A stretch of DNA of 46,686 nt, filler included, from Sphacelaria rigidula (lineage: Eukaryota): the NCBI GenBank assembly GCA_964200075.2. It is 2 parts of 2 records of this genome, joined end to end, with 100 filler letters (N's around TTAATTAATTAA, not from the genome) between each part and the next. Parts side by side here need not be neighbours in the genome. Positions count along the whole stretch, not along the records: positions 1 to 23,295 come from CAXNAA020000267.1; positions 23,396 to 46,686 come from CAXNAA020000268.1. The stretch is one strand, 5' to 3'. A program made the translations under genes and the position numbers. The notes beneath the pieces are model-generated. The model did not search any database, was not told where the DNA came from, and saw nothing but the letters and a program-made list of their open reading frames with translations. Shown here in pieces: positions 12,711-24,297 of the stretch. Each line of letters begins with the position of its first letter. The stretch's first letter is position 1.

Positions 12711-13252
12711 CTGTATCTCTTTGTACCGTTGACCGGCTGCCTCGACTCGCAGTGCGACCTCTGGGGAGTTGGATTCTTACCACAAGTGCGTGCTCTCTGT
12801 CTCCCATACGGTAGATAGTAGCAGAGCAGCGTCTACCCTCGTCTCGTTTCGCCTCGTTTTTGGCCAGAAACATGAGTTTCAGGCCATTACTTCCGGGTAA
12901 CAAATTGCGAGCGTCCTTGGGTAAGTACAGTTCTTCGAGAATGCTTAACACAGGAGGAATTGAATCGAGCCGCGCTTTCGGAACAGTTTAGTACGGTGTT
13001 CAATTTTTTGTACGCCTTGTTACAGTCGACTTGTTGTGCTAGCACTGATATCTGCGAAATCACCACCAATGAGCCTCAAACTGGCTTACCGGTGCACGAA
13101 CAGCCGCGAGGAGCACTACGTCGTAGATCGCAGACGGCTTACGTTGTGCCGAGGTCCTGGTAATGGTCAATGGCCACGTACAATCCCTACGTACAGCACG
13201 ATTACAAGTATACCCACTTGGAATGCTGCGGCAGTTAATGGCTCGTACACAC

Positions 13253-13611
13253 CTGCTTGACGCGATCGACTGCCTCCATATTCTCCTTCGTAACTCCCGT
13301 GGTTTTCATCGCCAAGACCCTTTGCTTGAGAAAACCTTTCGTTTTATCACTGACACTCGATCTCGAGTCTATCTTTGCCAGAGCTGCGCGCTTTGCCCAA
13401 ACGTCCTCCGGTTCGTAAAGGGCCCTACTACTCTTATCGAGGCGACAAGTGGGGTAAATGTTGTTTTCTCGAACGACGTCCATGCGAATCTCTGATGCCA
13501 GGGCCGAGATAGGCGTGCGCCTCCATTTTTGTCTCTCGGGCGATAAGTTCATATGGAATCGCGATGAAGTCGTGATACGCGGAGACGATGCCGTGTGAGT
13601 GGCCTCAGCCG
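13253..13611 (-). CDS. Candidate further upstream exon of the minus-strand gene (5' boundary uncertain)
   Basis: Open, protein-like frame IRMDVVRENNIYPTCRLD...KENMEAVDRVKQ ends CAG|gtgtgt at phase 0, compatible with the phase-0 acceptor at 3640. The acceptor could be at 13611, 13491 or 13489. Confidence 0.4.
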
Positions 13612-14520
13612 CTGTTAAACCCCATCCCCCTTTTTGTATAGATCGGTGATCGGTCCAGTGTGTTGACGTTTCAGTTTTCAAAATAAATTGCGCCGCTTTC
13701 GTTCACTTTTTTTTCTTCAACAATGAGTTGCACCGCATTTAGAACTTGCACAGCTGTGGGCACCAACATTCACTCCAACCGTGTACCTGGCCAAGGAGGG
13801 AAGTGGAGACGGCCTCGTGCAGTAGGTCCTCACAACTTTGGACTTGAAGTATTTTCTGTCTCGATTTGACTGCTCTATCCGTGCGGATAGCGTTTGACAC
13901 CTCTCTTGGTGCCTTACTCGTCCAACCGGCTAGGTTGGGCCGCCAGCAAGGCGACTAGGCCATATGCAGGGCATGGCATGGCATGCTAGATGAACATACT
14001 CTACGGTGCGTGAATGAGGTGAGAATCGAAGTCGACACTATTCGAGAGAGGGGATCGTTGCATTGGAATTAGTGTTGTATAGAGTTGGAGAAACGACACA
14101 CTGTTGAAGATGGTTGATAAACAGAACAGTATGTTTCTGCCCCACGTTTACTCAGTGTATGTGCGACGCATGCAATACAAAACATGTTACTGTGACAAAG
14201 CATCCGTAAGATGAGATCGACATGTAGCGCTCTCAAGTTTTTAACTACCGACCACAACGATAGTCAGGCAAGAAGTCGTACCTCCTTTCTTAGGCATCAT
14301 CGCCCCTCACCCCGCGGGCGCGCACCCTTCATGCGGCGACCATGGGAAGTTACCTCACACGGAAGGGGGAGAAATACAACATGTATTACAGGGACTGCTG
14401 CTTTTGCCCACGTTGCACAGGCACATGGACAAAATCCATCCACCGAAAATGCCACCTAAGAGACATGGAGCCCACAGATAGGGGCAAGAAATACGCGTTG
14501 CAACATTTTCACACGTGGGA

Positions 14521-15050
14521 CAGCTCATGAGCTAGCTCATCTGCGGGCGGTAGCTCACTTGTAGTTAAGTACATGTGAGCTTCGTCCGATAGCTCAACAC
14601 AAGGTAAACGTGCGCTGATGAGCTACGAGTTGGTAGCTCACCCAGGACAAACATGCGTAGCTCATGCAGCTCTCATAGCTCACCCAGGACAAATATGCGT
14701 AGCTCATGCAGCTCTCATAGCTCACCCATGACGAATCTGAGCTGATGAGCTACGGGTTGGTAGCTCACCTATAGCAAACGTGCGTAGCTCATACAGCTCC
14801 CGTAGCTCACTCAGGGCGAATATGAGCTGATGAGCTACGGGTTGATGGCTCACCCAGGGCAAACATGTGCAGCTCATGTAGCTTTCACAGCTCACCCAGG
14901 AAAAACATATGCGGATGAGCTACGCTCGATAGCTCACCCAAGGCAAACACGTGTAGCTCACGCAGCTCTTGTAGCTCACCTGGGGAAAACATGAGCAGAT
15001 GAGCTACGCCCGGTACCTCACCCCTGGGATACATGGTCTTGGCTCACTCA
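14521..15050. repeat. TAGCTCA minisatellite array, left block (42/43-bp A/B units)
   Basis: Unit A TAGCTCACCCAGGACAAACATGCGTAGCTCATGCAGCTCTCA (42 bp) and unit B TAGCTCACCCATGACGAATCTGAGCTGATGAGCTACGGGTTGG (43 bp) mostly alternate. Confidence 0.9.
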
Positions 15051-15385
15051 CGTCATATGCCTAGCTCGCCGCTGGCCAACCCCGTGTCGCGTATGATGAA
15101 ACACTCTTGTTCGAACGGTTCGAACGATGGCGCCACATATCATTAGGTTGTGCTGTTTTGCCTCACTTTTTGCGATAGGAAGAAAAGAAGCCAACACATA
15201 TCCTCGTTCGCATGGTCGGATGGGAAAAAAAAAGGATTGATATCCAATGTCTACAATAATCGACCGATTAATTTCTTTTGATCGGTTGGCCGCGAGGGTA
15301 CGAGTCCATCTGGCCATGCATACCTTTTAAAAGTGAAATTGGAGCCGATTGAACAGATTACTTGTAGTCGCCGTCAAGGGGTTAG

Positions 15386-15492
15386 CCCTTTGACCGCGAG
15401 GGTAGGCAATCTGATAAATCAGCATAATTCACTTTATTTTTCGGGTGTGATTGATGCCGATTCAGAGACCTCCTACCCTCGCGGTCAAAGGG
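15386..15492. mobile_element. 107-bp nested mini-MITE/hairpin with piggyBac-like CCCTTT...AAAGGG ends
   Basis: Perfect 21-bp inverted repeat CCCTTTGACCGCGAGGGTAGG (15386-15406) / CCTACCCTCGCGGTCAAAGGG (15472-15492). No intact TTAA TSD (flanks are TTAG and AGAA). Confidence 0.7.
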
Positions 15493-15502
15493 AGAAACAA
15501 TC

Positions 15503-15836
15503 GTAGCTCTCATTGCTCTCATAGCTCATCCAGGGCAATTATTCGCAGCTCACCTAGCTCCCATAGCTCATCCAGGACATACACGTCTAGCTCATGCAGC
15601 TCTCATAGCTCACCCAGGGCGAACACTTCGTATGAGCTGATGAGCTACGGGTTGGTAGCTCACTTATCGCAAATATGCGTAGCTCATGCAGCTCCCGTAG
15701 CTCACTCAGGACGAACTTGAGCTGATGAGCTACGGGTTGGTAGCTCACGTACGGTAAGCATGCGTAGCTCATGTAGCTCTCATAGCTCACTAGGGAGCTA
15801 CGCTCAAAAAGACCTAGCTCGAGCTTTAGGGAGCTG
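15503..15836. repeat. TAGCTCA minisatellite array, right block
   Basis: Same A/B units in the same orientation as the left block. Confidence 0.9.
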
Positions 15837-18309
15837 ATCTGTCCGACGTGTGAACATTTTTCAACTAATCGGAGCATTTCGACACACGAAAGTGCGATGA
15901 TCTTTCACCGATTAGATGAGAGAAACGAGTTGTATATGAGTTGAAATATGTCTTTGATTGGCCCACACATTGCGTCGCTGCGAGACAGGCAGCCATCAAT
16001 CGTTGAGGATACAGCAGCTCCGTGGTGGCTCAGTTTGTTCGCCGTAACCTTCTCGCACCCGCCGTGCGTGTCTTCCCCAATCACAGCACCCGACTACAAC
16101 TGAATTACCAAAAAGACTCAACAGACACTTGCACAGCCATCGCGTGATTTTTTCGACTTTGTATGTACTTGTATAGACAACACTTTGGTCCCACCCCAAT
16201 TCTGTACGGACCGACACACGCCATTCAAGCTGCTCACGCGCTCTCCAGCGCACATCACATCGTGTTCGTCGTCGAGTACTCAAATGCACAAAAGCGCAAC
16301 GCCAACTACAGCATAGAAATGATGGTTGTGAGAAGCGCCTTGTTCGTTTGACGGAAGACGAAACAGCCAATACACCATGAAGTTTTCATCAGTCAGTGAG
16401 TAGACAGCACTGCGTGCCGACCAACATTATTTTCCACAGAGACGAATGGTGATAAAACGTAACTCAGGCAGTCCCGGCCGAGGCCAAGGCGTCTTTGCAA
16501 AGGTCTGAACACACCACAACGCAGTGACAGCTACAGCTACAGCACATAGAGAGAGGGACAGAGGGCGTGAGTGTATTTGTGCTGCAGCACAGTGAAACAG
16601 GACATATCCCATGTGCGAGTTCTTCCCCCGATTTCGAACGGGTCCCCAGTTTTCGCCGAGTGCCGATTTTTAAACGCTGGGTCATAATCGCGCTTCGCGC
16701 GAAAATCTTCTAACTCACTTTGAGTTATTCCTATCTGTGGGAGTCGTGTCAATTAAAATCGCCTCTCACAGGTCCTCATAGGAACTGTATGAAAAAATCT
16801 CCCGAAAAATGCTTATTCGGCCATTCAGCACCGACTTCCGTCCGAATGAGGGATTTGGCAGACTGTTTCACTTCTGGAAGACTTGCCGTGCTCTCCGAAA
16901 GGATTCCAGCACACTTTCCCGATCTTCCGTGCACCCAGTTTTAATTACGATTAGACGAGCGATTTTTCATACAAGCAGGAAAATGAGGCTTTTTCTGGGA
17001 GTTTCCCTGAGTTTTTGAGAGATTTCGACGGGCTTCTGGAGCTGTTTTGAAAATCGCTAGTACGACCAAAAGTTTAAGTGGGCATACGGCAAATCGGGCA
17101 AGTGTGCTATTAATAGAATATTCTCGAACAGTGAAATATGTCAAAAATTGGCCTAAAGGCGGAATCGACATGACCTTCTTGCTGACGGCCGCGAAATCTA
17201 CCTGTACAAGTACACACACTGTGCTGACATCAGGTGCACGGCTGACTGGTACCGCGTAGTTTGTTCGAAAAACCGGAGGAATGCACGTGATCAACATACC
17301 ATAATCGTATCGTTGCTTGAGGTTAGACGGTGGTGCGTCGATGCCGTGAATTAAACGACTTGCGGAGGATGGACAATCTCGCACGTATCGCGATGTCAAA
17401 GCACACCTGACTTGACTTCGTGCACTCTGTATCCACAACATTGTTTGTGCCGGGCGTACTAGATCGTGCTGACTTCCAAACGCGCACAGAAGCTCCATTG
17501 AGACCATGTCACCATTGAACACGTGAACGAAACCCATGATAACCGGCGTACGTGCAAGGGACACCATGAATATACAACGCAAGTCTAGTACCCGGCTCAC
17601 GGAGCCTCGTTCTCAGGCGCAAGCAATCTGCGCCGTGCCTGCTGTGTTGCTTGGCTTTCCGGCCGCATCTGCTATGTCCTAACATCCCTCATAGTGTTGA
17701 TGATATATCTACTGACACAGCATCGACTGAGACGATCCCAAGCTGAGATAAAAAGGCACCGCTGCTCTCAAGTCTTGGTGTGACGAAAGACTTGACGTGT
17801 TTGTGGTACGCTGCGATACAGACAAGAGTGCGGCTGGCGAACATCGCATTATTTTGCGAGCCATTCCGCACAATCTTGAATTTGAATGCTGCAAGAAGAC
17901 TCTACTTGTATCTGCAGTAACACCGCATGTTCGGTAACACAGCGTGAGCGTTATGCGGTCGCGTTTGCGAGGCCAGAGGGAGAAATTACGTCACGGTTTC
18001 CAAAATTGCCGCATCTGCCGTCTGTCCTTTGGAAAGGGTATCCATCGTCAGCTGGTACGCCGTAGTATGATTCTCATGTCACCCAAACACCCCCAATTAC
18101 AACACCCTTCGAAGAATTGTTCGGCAGGCTACGGGCCAAAATAAGGTGAAACAAATACCTGAAGGAGGCTTGGCAGCCGAGGGGTCCAACCCTTGAGGCT
18201 GACACCTCAGAGGTAGATACAAGAGCCACTTCCGTGTACTATTTATCGCCACTCAAGTTCCGGAGTAATGCCTTAGGGCTAGGGTATTTATCACCCTGCG
18301 CTATTGTTG

Positions 18310-18810
18310 GGCAGTACAACCGCGTTAAAAAAAACTGAAAATAAGTGCGAGGGGCTTATCTTCCCTGACGGCATCACTGTGTTCCCCTGGGGAACGCTGA
18401 ACGGGTGCGAGGACCGCCGTCTCACGTTCGGATAGTCTGGTCCGAAGAGCCTTCTGAAAGTTTATATGTACGATGTGTAACGGCAGGCCGCAGTGTTTGT
18501 ACGGCGACCCTGTGTATGGGTGGCATGAACATCTCTGCAGCCCCCTCGCAGCTGAAGTCGACGGAGGACTTACGGAAGACACAATGACGCCGAACAAGAT
18601 TATGAGCCAATGCATGGTTACTGTAGAAATGGGCTTTGAGGAGGTGACGTGCAAGTGGCCATTTGTCGACATGACTACGCAGCAGACGTGCTTGCTCAGC
18701 CCTGTAGGCATACAGAACCGTGCGCGCGCAAGGTCACTGGTGCCTGGATGGTGGCAGAGAGATCTCCGAGTACTTCAGTTCAGATCTCCGACGCTGCAGA
18801 AATGTCTTCG
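18310..18810 (+). pseudogene. PIF/Harbinger (DDE_Tnp_4-type) transposase remnant
   Basis: Across frameshifts and stops: FPDGITVFPWG; LYGDPVYG...LCSPL...LT...NKIMSQCMVTVEMGFEEVTCKWPFVD...LLSPVG; ISEYF; SPTLQKCL. This matches the Harbinger catalytic pattern (PDG, YGD.AY, N..MS..R..VE.GF, LSPVG). Confidence 0.75.
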
Positions 18811-21800
18811 GATTCAGCGAGTAGTACTCGAAGGACAGGGGTAGGGGAAGGTCATGAAAAAGCGCAGGCGTGGTGGGAAAAGTCCTTGTGACGGTCAGTG
18901 GAATCGTTCAAGACGGACAGCGTTGGTGGTGAAAGTGTCGCCAGCTATGCAGCCAGAGCTCACTCCGAAGGTACGATGTACTGAATGGGCTGGGCGATTT
19001 GCATCGACACACCAGTACAGCACAAATGTAGAAAATATCAAGATGATCCTATTCACGTGAATCCTACAAGTACTGCACACAAAAACTCTTCACTAAAGCA
19101 CGGTAGTAGGAAGGCGTTCGCAAGTGAGGGAGAAAAAGTCAAACCCGAAGCGACTGGCCGATAGATACGATACTCGGAAGTTAAGTTGCCATACTGCGGG
19201 GGACACACTTTTTCGCGGTGTATCGCAGCACTATTTTGACCCTTTGGCCGCTCAGATGCGCCGATATGTCGAATCAGCATAATCGTTTCCACTCGAAAAT
19301 TGAGTGCGAGACTCGAGTGTCCATTTTGCCGGCCCTGGAAGTGTTGATATAATGTACGGCCTAACTGATTGCGAACCAAACTATGGCAAAATCCCCCCCA
19401 CGCCTGTTGCCCAAAACGCCTTTTTTTGTGCAACGCTCCTGGTCAGTGCCCATATTTGTTCAGCGTCCATCTCTGCCTACACCAACCGTCCGTCGAAAAT
19501 TCGTGCGACTGTTCGGAGAAATCTCGGAACAGAAAATGTGGGCGTTCGAAGAGTCCAGTCTGTCAGTTTTCTGCTTCGACTCTTTTACTGGGCACGTCTC
19601 TTCCAGTATCCATGTACCCATTACTTGCTATATTGCCCTGCCCCACACACCAACAACCGTGGACTCGGCGCCGCCGATATTCTTGTACCCTGGCAGGACC
19701 GACTGCTCGATGTTATTCCGTCGAGGAAGGCGAGATGGCGAAGTACACGCGGTGCACCAAAGACACCTCGAAGGTCAAAATCGATGTGGAATTTGACGCA
19801 ATCTCCGCGGTCTCCGCGGAATGCGTTGCCGTTGTCCACGTAACCCTCCTGAAAGTGCCAGGGTGCAGATGGCCGGCGAACCTTCCACCGCTCTCCCGCG
19901 CACAAAGGAAGGATGCGCCCGCCCCCCTTGCCGAATGCGTACCGTCGGGTATGTCTCCCTAGAATAGGTACTCGTAGCTAGCCCCATTTTTACTCAACAT
20001 GTCGGGTTACAGGGCGTGTTCGTGTAGATTATCTTGCGCCTTGAGTCCTCCGTGGGTTACACTAGCAGTATATTACGGTGGAGTGTATTGCGCGCATGAT
20101 ATATAAGCCTGAGCCACTGTGCTGAAGACGCACGTTGTATGCTGCGCTAGTGTTTTCGGTACGGTACAGAAGATGCATGATAATTTCAATTCCACCATTG
20201 ATTTTACGTTGGAAGATGAAATGGGTTCAATTACAGGTTCGAAACGTACAGGGTCCCGACCGGTTCTCCCACTCGTGTCGTCATTTCCCTCTCCTACAAT
20301 TGCCCAAAGAGTTCTTCTCCAGTTCTCGGTGCTGCATCGTTTCCATCACTACCCATATATTTCATCTACTGCGTGCTGCAAATATCGCTCATGCATGGGG
20401 CCGTTCACATGGATGCTTTTTACCTTCCTCTACACTTTACAAACGTGTTCGTATTTTCAGGCTGAACCTTGGTGAGTGTAGTACATGCCCTCTTTTTTGC
20501 ATCGCAATTGCACTTTGTGACGATTGCTAACCTATCGCTTGAAGCGTCCGCCTGCTCATGCCGCGCTGCATTGCTCTGTGTTCGCCGCTTGCCCACCTGC
20601 ACCCCGCATCGTACAACAGCTTGCACCCTTCGGCCACCGCTCCCCGCCGACCGACGCCTCCTCGATGGCAGCAACGTCGGCACACCATATGTTCAATGGC
20701 GGCCTCGGATCGTGAATTGCCGCCTGAGACCGTCTGGGCGATCTGCATGTTTCTTGTGGGGGGGAGGTTTCCTTCATGTATGCCGCTTTGAAGGAGCACC
20801 CCTCGCCTCCCTTATCGGCCGGCCGGCGCTTCTACCGTGTAGCACTACTGCTGCATTTCTTACCGCTCGGCGTTCTTATTGTACTCTTCATTTCCTTCTT
20901 TTGTGTATTCGGCTTATGTTTGTACACCACTGCCCGCTTTAGGGCTGCTGCAGTGTTCTGAGGAAGGTGCGTGGTGATCAGGTGTTTCTCACGCACATCG
21001 GCTCCGATCATTGAGCGTGCTTCGACGGTACGATACGGGTGGTGTTCGTTGGGTCGTGATTTCTTTGTAGCGACATCCGTATACCGCTGCATGCGTCGGC
21101 GCTACGTACAGCATTTGAGGACGTTGCCGGGTGGTTAGGTATTTTTGTCGAAGTCTTTCCTTTAGTGATGAAGATGGATTCTGCTCTCGTGGTCATTGGT
21201 TTCCTTTCACGCACATTGACTGCGTTTATTTTTCGATGCGTCCGTGTACCAGTGTCCGCTTGTACTTCACAGTTTCTCTACATCTGCGAGACGTTGCACA
21301 ATCATTGGTTTTCCTTCTGTTGAAGCAAAATACCCACATGGATATGGCGGTTTCGGCTGCGTTGCTTCTCCCTCCACCGTTTTGTTATTTTTCACTCTTG
21401 GTACTCGCCGTGGCGCGGGCGGGTAGCGTTTCTGTTGCGTTATTCAGCTTTTGTACCGTGTGTATACACCGTTTTTTCTCTTGCATTTCTTGCCGTGCGG
21501 GACATTATTAGAACATTGTTGTGTTATGTAGAAGAATGCCAAGCTCCCACGGAAGACAGACGATCACGAACGCTGTGTCGGTGCTCTGGTTAGAAAGTAT
21601 GTACTTGTGGATCTAGTGTAAATGTAGTCGGAAAGCCTGGACTTCTAAATGCAGTTGGAAAGTCTGGATTTGTGACGTCGTGTGGAGCACACGCAGGTCA
21701 GTACTGTAGTCCTAGATGTCAAGATTTACACAGCATAAATGTCCCCACCACAGGTGGGGCCTAAGGCGATCGATGCCTAGTACTACCGCATAGCCTTCTT

Positions 21801-22516
21801 TCAGTGTTGCGCCGTAGTCTGTGCCCATCTTCATATCGTTTGCCGACAACTTAAGTATTTCACCTTGGCTTGGACGAGTTGATTTCCGGAGCGTGTTTCA
21901 GGGTCAATCCCGCTATCTGGGGAGCTTCAAAGATGTTTATCTAATAACGATACGTGGGCCTCCCACGTGAAGGGACACGCTACCAAGCCGCCATCCGGGT
22001 GCACTAGTCGGCCGCTGCGTGGTGGGAAAGTTGTAAATGTGAGGATCACCGTCCTCTGGGACAACCACAGGCCCGACGCCATGCCGAGCCGTACGCGCTT
22101 GATCTCGTGTCCGCCGTTTTGTATCCCAAAAATCGTTTTTTCCACCTCAGAGCGCTTCATATGGCAAACGAAGATAAAGATATGGTAAACTACTGCCTTT
22201 TTGGGCCTTCTGCGTTATTTCATGTCCTAAATTATGGCTAGAAAATTATAGGCCGATTTTAGCACCTTGGAATGACTTACTCTGCTCATTGTGGCGGTTG
22301 CAGAAAAATGTTTGCGTTTTCCGGTGGCCGCAGTTTTTTCGTTGGCCGAACTTGCATTTTTCTCGGAGACCGCTCATTTCCCTGGGAGACCGGTCAAGTC
22401 GCTACGAGTCTGAAATTTGACCGTGGACTGCTAATTCGTGGTTCTTTGTCCGAATTATGTCGATCAAAGGGGGCTTATTTATGGGCATTACAGTCGCCCG
22501 TGTCATGGGCGTTGAG

Positions 22517-22639
22517 GTACTCATGATCTTGCATGCCGTAGTCACAAGACCATTGACCTCGCATCTCTGCACAGCTGGGACGGAGCACGCCGAGTTTTCG
22601 CCGGATCGGCCTCGCGGTCACCGAGTGCGAAGCGCCGTG
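22517..22639. repeat. Dispersed repeat, copy 2 (longer variant)
   Basis: GTACTCATGATCTTGCATGCCGTAGTCA...GGACGGAGCACGCCG...CGAAGCGCCGTG is a direct repeat of 23167-23295. Confidence 0.8.
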
Positions 22640-23166
22640 ATGCGTTCGGCGAGTAGAATGAAGGGTCAGCTGCATTCGGCCACGATTGCTCGGCCCGAAG
22701 CGTGCTGATTGTCTTCGCATTTGATGACAACCTACAATGAGTTGCTTCATTTTCTGGTATCACTACTTCCAGAGACAGCCACGGTTTACACACTGCCTCA
22801 TGGGTGTCTCAGCAGACCATGGGCGTTGGGGGGTGCCTACACTCTGGGCAAAGTTTCTCCCGGCCCCGTCAGCTGCGAATATCACTGAACGCGTGACGGT
22901 GCGTTGCAACTTCTATGCACCTGACTTGGTCGGGAGCCACCCGCGCCGCGCTTGGTCTTTGTGCTCCTTAAGGCGTATCCCGAGCAGCTGGATGAGCATT
23001 CGCGTTTTGCGGTGGTGGGGTTGTGACACAAGCTCGCATTCGCTGATGTGTTTTGCTTTTCGACTCGTATCATGAGCTATTCGTAGGACACCTGGCCGTG
23101 TAGATTGTGTAGCTCGGCCAGATCAGTGGATGTCATGTGGTGATGGAGGGGGTAGGGGTGAGGTGT

Positions 23167-23295
23167 GTACTCATGATCTTGCATGCTGTAGTCATAAGAC
23201 CGCTGACCTCGCATCCCTACAAAGCCAGGACGGAGCACGCCGGGTTTTCGCCGGACCAGGCTCGCAATTGATCACCAAGCTCGAAGCGCCGTGGT
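23167..23295. repeat. Dispersed repeat, copy 3 (truncated by the gap)
   Basis: Direct repeat of 22517-22639, preceded by the G-rich tract GGAGGGGGTAGGGGTGAGG. Confidence 0.8.
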
Positions 23296-23395
23296 NNNNN
23301 NNNNNNNNNNNNNNNNNNNNNNNNNNNNNNNNNNNNNNNTTAATTAATTAANNNNNNNNNNNNNNNNNNNNNNNNNNNNNNNNNNNNNNNNNNNN
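23296..23395. other. Artificial scaffold-join linker (N44-TTAATTAATTAA-N44)
   Basis: Exactly 100 bp. The central TTAATTAATTAA (23340-23351) puts stop codons in all six frames, as in concatenation spacers. Confidence 0.95.
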
Positions 23396-23399
23396 AAGC

Positions 23400-23882
23400 A
23401 GGAAAACTATGTTTCTTGGACCATTTACAGTCAATAACACCCTCCTGATAAACGGAGTCTTTACACGGTATCGCCCCCACGACACCAACTTGGGCTATTG
23501 TGATTTGAGCACGGTTTGCTTATTTCGCCAAAATTTTCGACGCTAGCACTTTCGAGTGCTTATGGAAAATGTTATGCGAAAAAACCCGGAAAAAAGGCCA
23601 TCCGCAGAAAATACTAGACTGAGGTCTGTGCAGTACAGGAGGGGAACACGATCTCGATCGTTATTGTGAAGAATTTTATACGCATTCATTTATCTGAATA
23701 TGTACCGTTTCGCCGCTGAAGAGGGAGAAAACTGCTTATACTGGACCAAAAACGGTCAATAACACCCTCCTGATAAACGGGGTATCAAGTCTGTATCGCC
23801 CCAAAACCACGAACTTGAACACTGCAGTTTGAGCGCGGCCTGCGTTTTCTCCCTAGATCTACCGGTGCTAGCACTTTCAAGT
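23400..23882. repeat. Diverged direct repeat, period 325 bp
   Basis: Identical 26-mer GTCAATAACACCCTCCTGATAAACGG at 23430 and 23755, with further colinear blocks (GTATCGCCCC, TTTGAGC, GCTAGCACTTTC). Confidence 0.75.
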
Positions 23883-24234
23883 AGTAGTGAAGAATAGTAC
23901 TCCAGAAAAACTAATAGAACAACTACGAATTCTGAAACTTCTGATGCTGACTACTATACATCTTTATTGTGCGTACATGTAGTATACCTCGATATTTTCT
24001 CCCCGGTGAAAGCGACATCTTCTCTTACACTTCAAAAGTGCGGATACCCGTCTACATACTAAACTCCAATCCGGGAACTGTGGTTCTGGCGCAGCGCCGG
24101 AACTACGCGTTTCCCCCGAGGTACACCCACTTTTTGTCTACAAGCGACTAAAAGTGGGAAAACGTTTTTTGCCTGGTCTCTGACGTGGAGTTTCCTCCCC
24201 ACAACCTTCGGCCCCGTGTCGATCCCTGTGGCAG

Positions 24235-24297
24235 ATCTTAACGCTGATCAATGGTGATCGTATCCCGCTGACCAACTCCATGTCGCTTCTGTTTGAG
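24235..24297 (+). CDS. DNAH2: Dynein HC exon 1 of window (AAA2)
   Basis: cag|ATC...GAG|gtgaga; ILTLINGDRIPLTNSMSLLFE. Confidence 0.93.

Larger units (their letters stand above)
14510..15852. mobile_element. Non-autonomous hAT-like DNA transposon with internal tandem arrays
   Basis: TIR CACACGTGGGACAGCTCA vs reverse complement CACACGTCGGACAGATCA (16/18); exact 8-bp TSD AACATTTT at 14502-14509 and 15853-15860. An 8-bp TSD with CA termini is typical of hAT, but the superfamily is inferred. Confidence 0.85.

Noticed and set aside
14521..15836. CRISPR-like or guide-RNA array (regular palindromic repeats with variable intervals)
   Set aside because: The intervening segments are homologous to one another rather than unique spacers, no associated nuclease gene is visible, the context is eukaryotic, and the array is enclosed by transposon TIRs and a TSD.
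16941..17600. 219-aa minus-strand ORF
   Set aside because: No recognisable motif or convincing splice context, and it runs into an AT-rich repeat-like segment.
22501..23295. Complete LTR retroelement or TRIM
   Set aside because: Both repeats follow a TGTCATG, but the second is cut by the gap and no convincing PBS, CA end or TSD is visible; kept only as a repeat.
23340..23351. TTAATTAATTAA palindrome as a biological site
   Set aside because: It is centred exactly between two 44-N runs and is an artificial six-frame stop linker.
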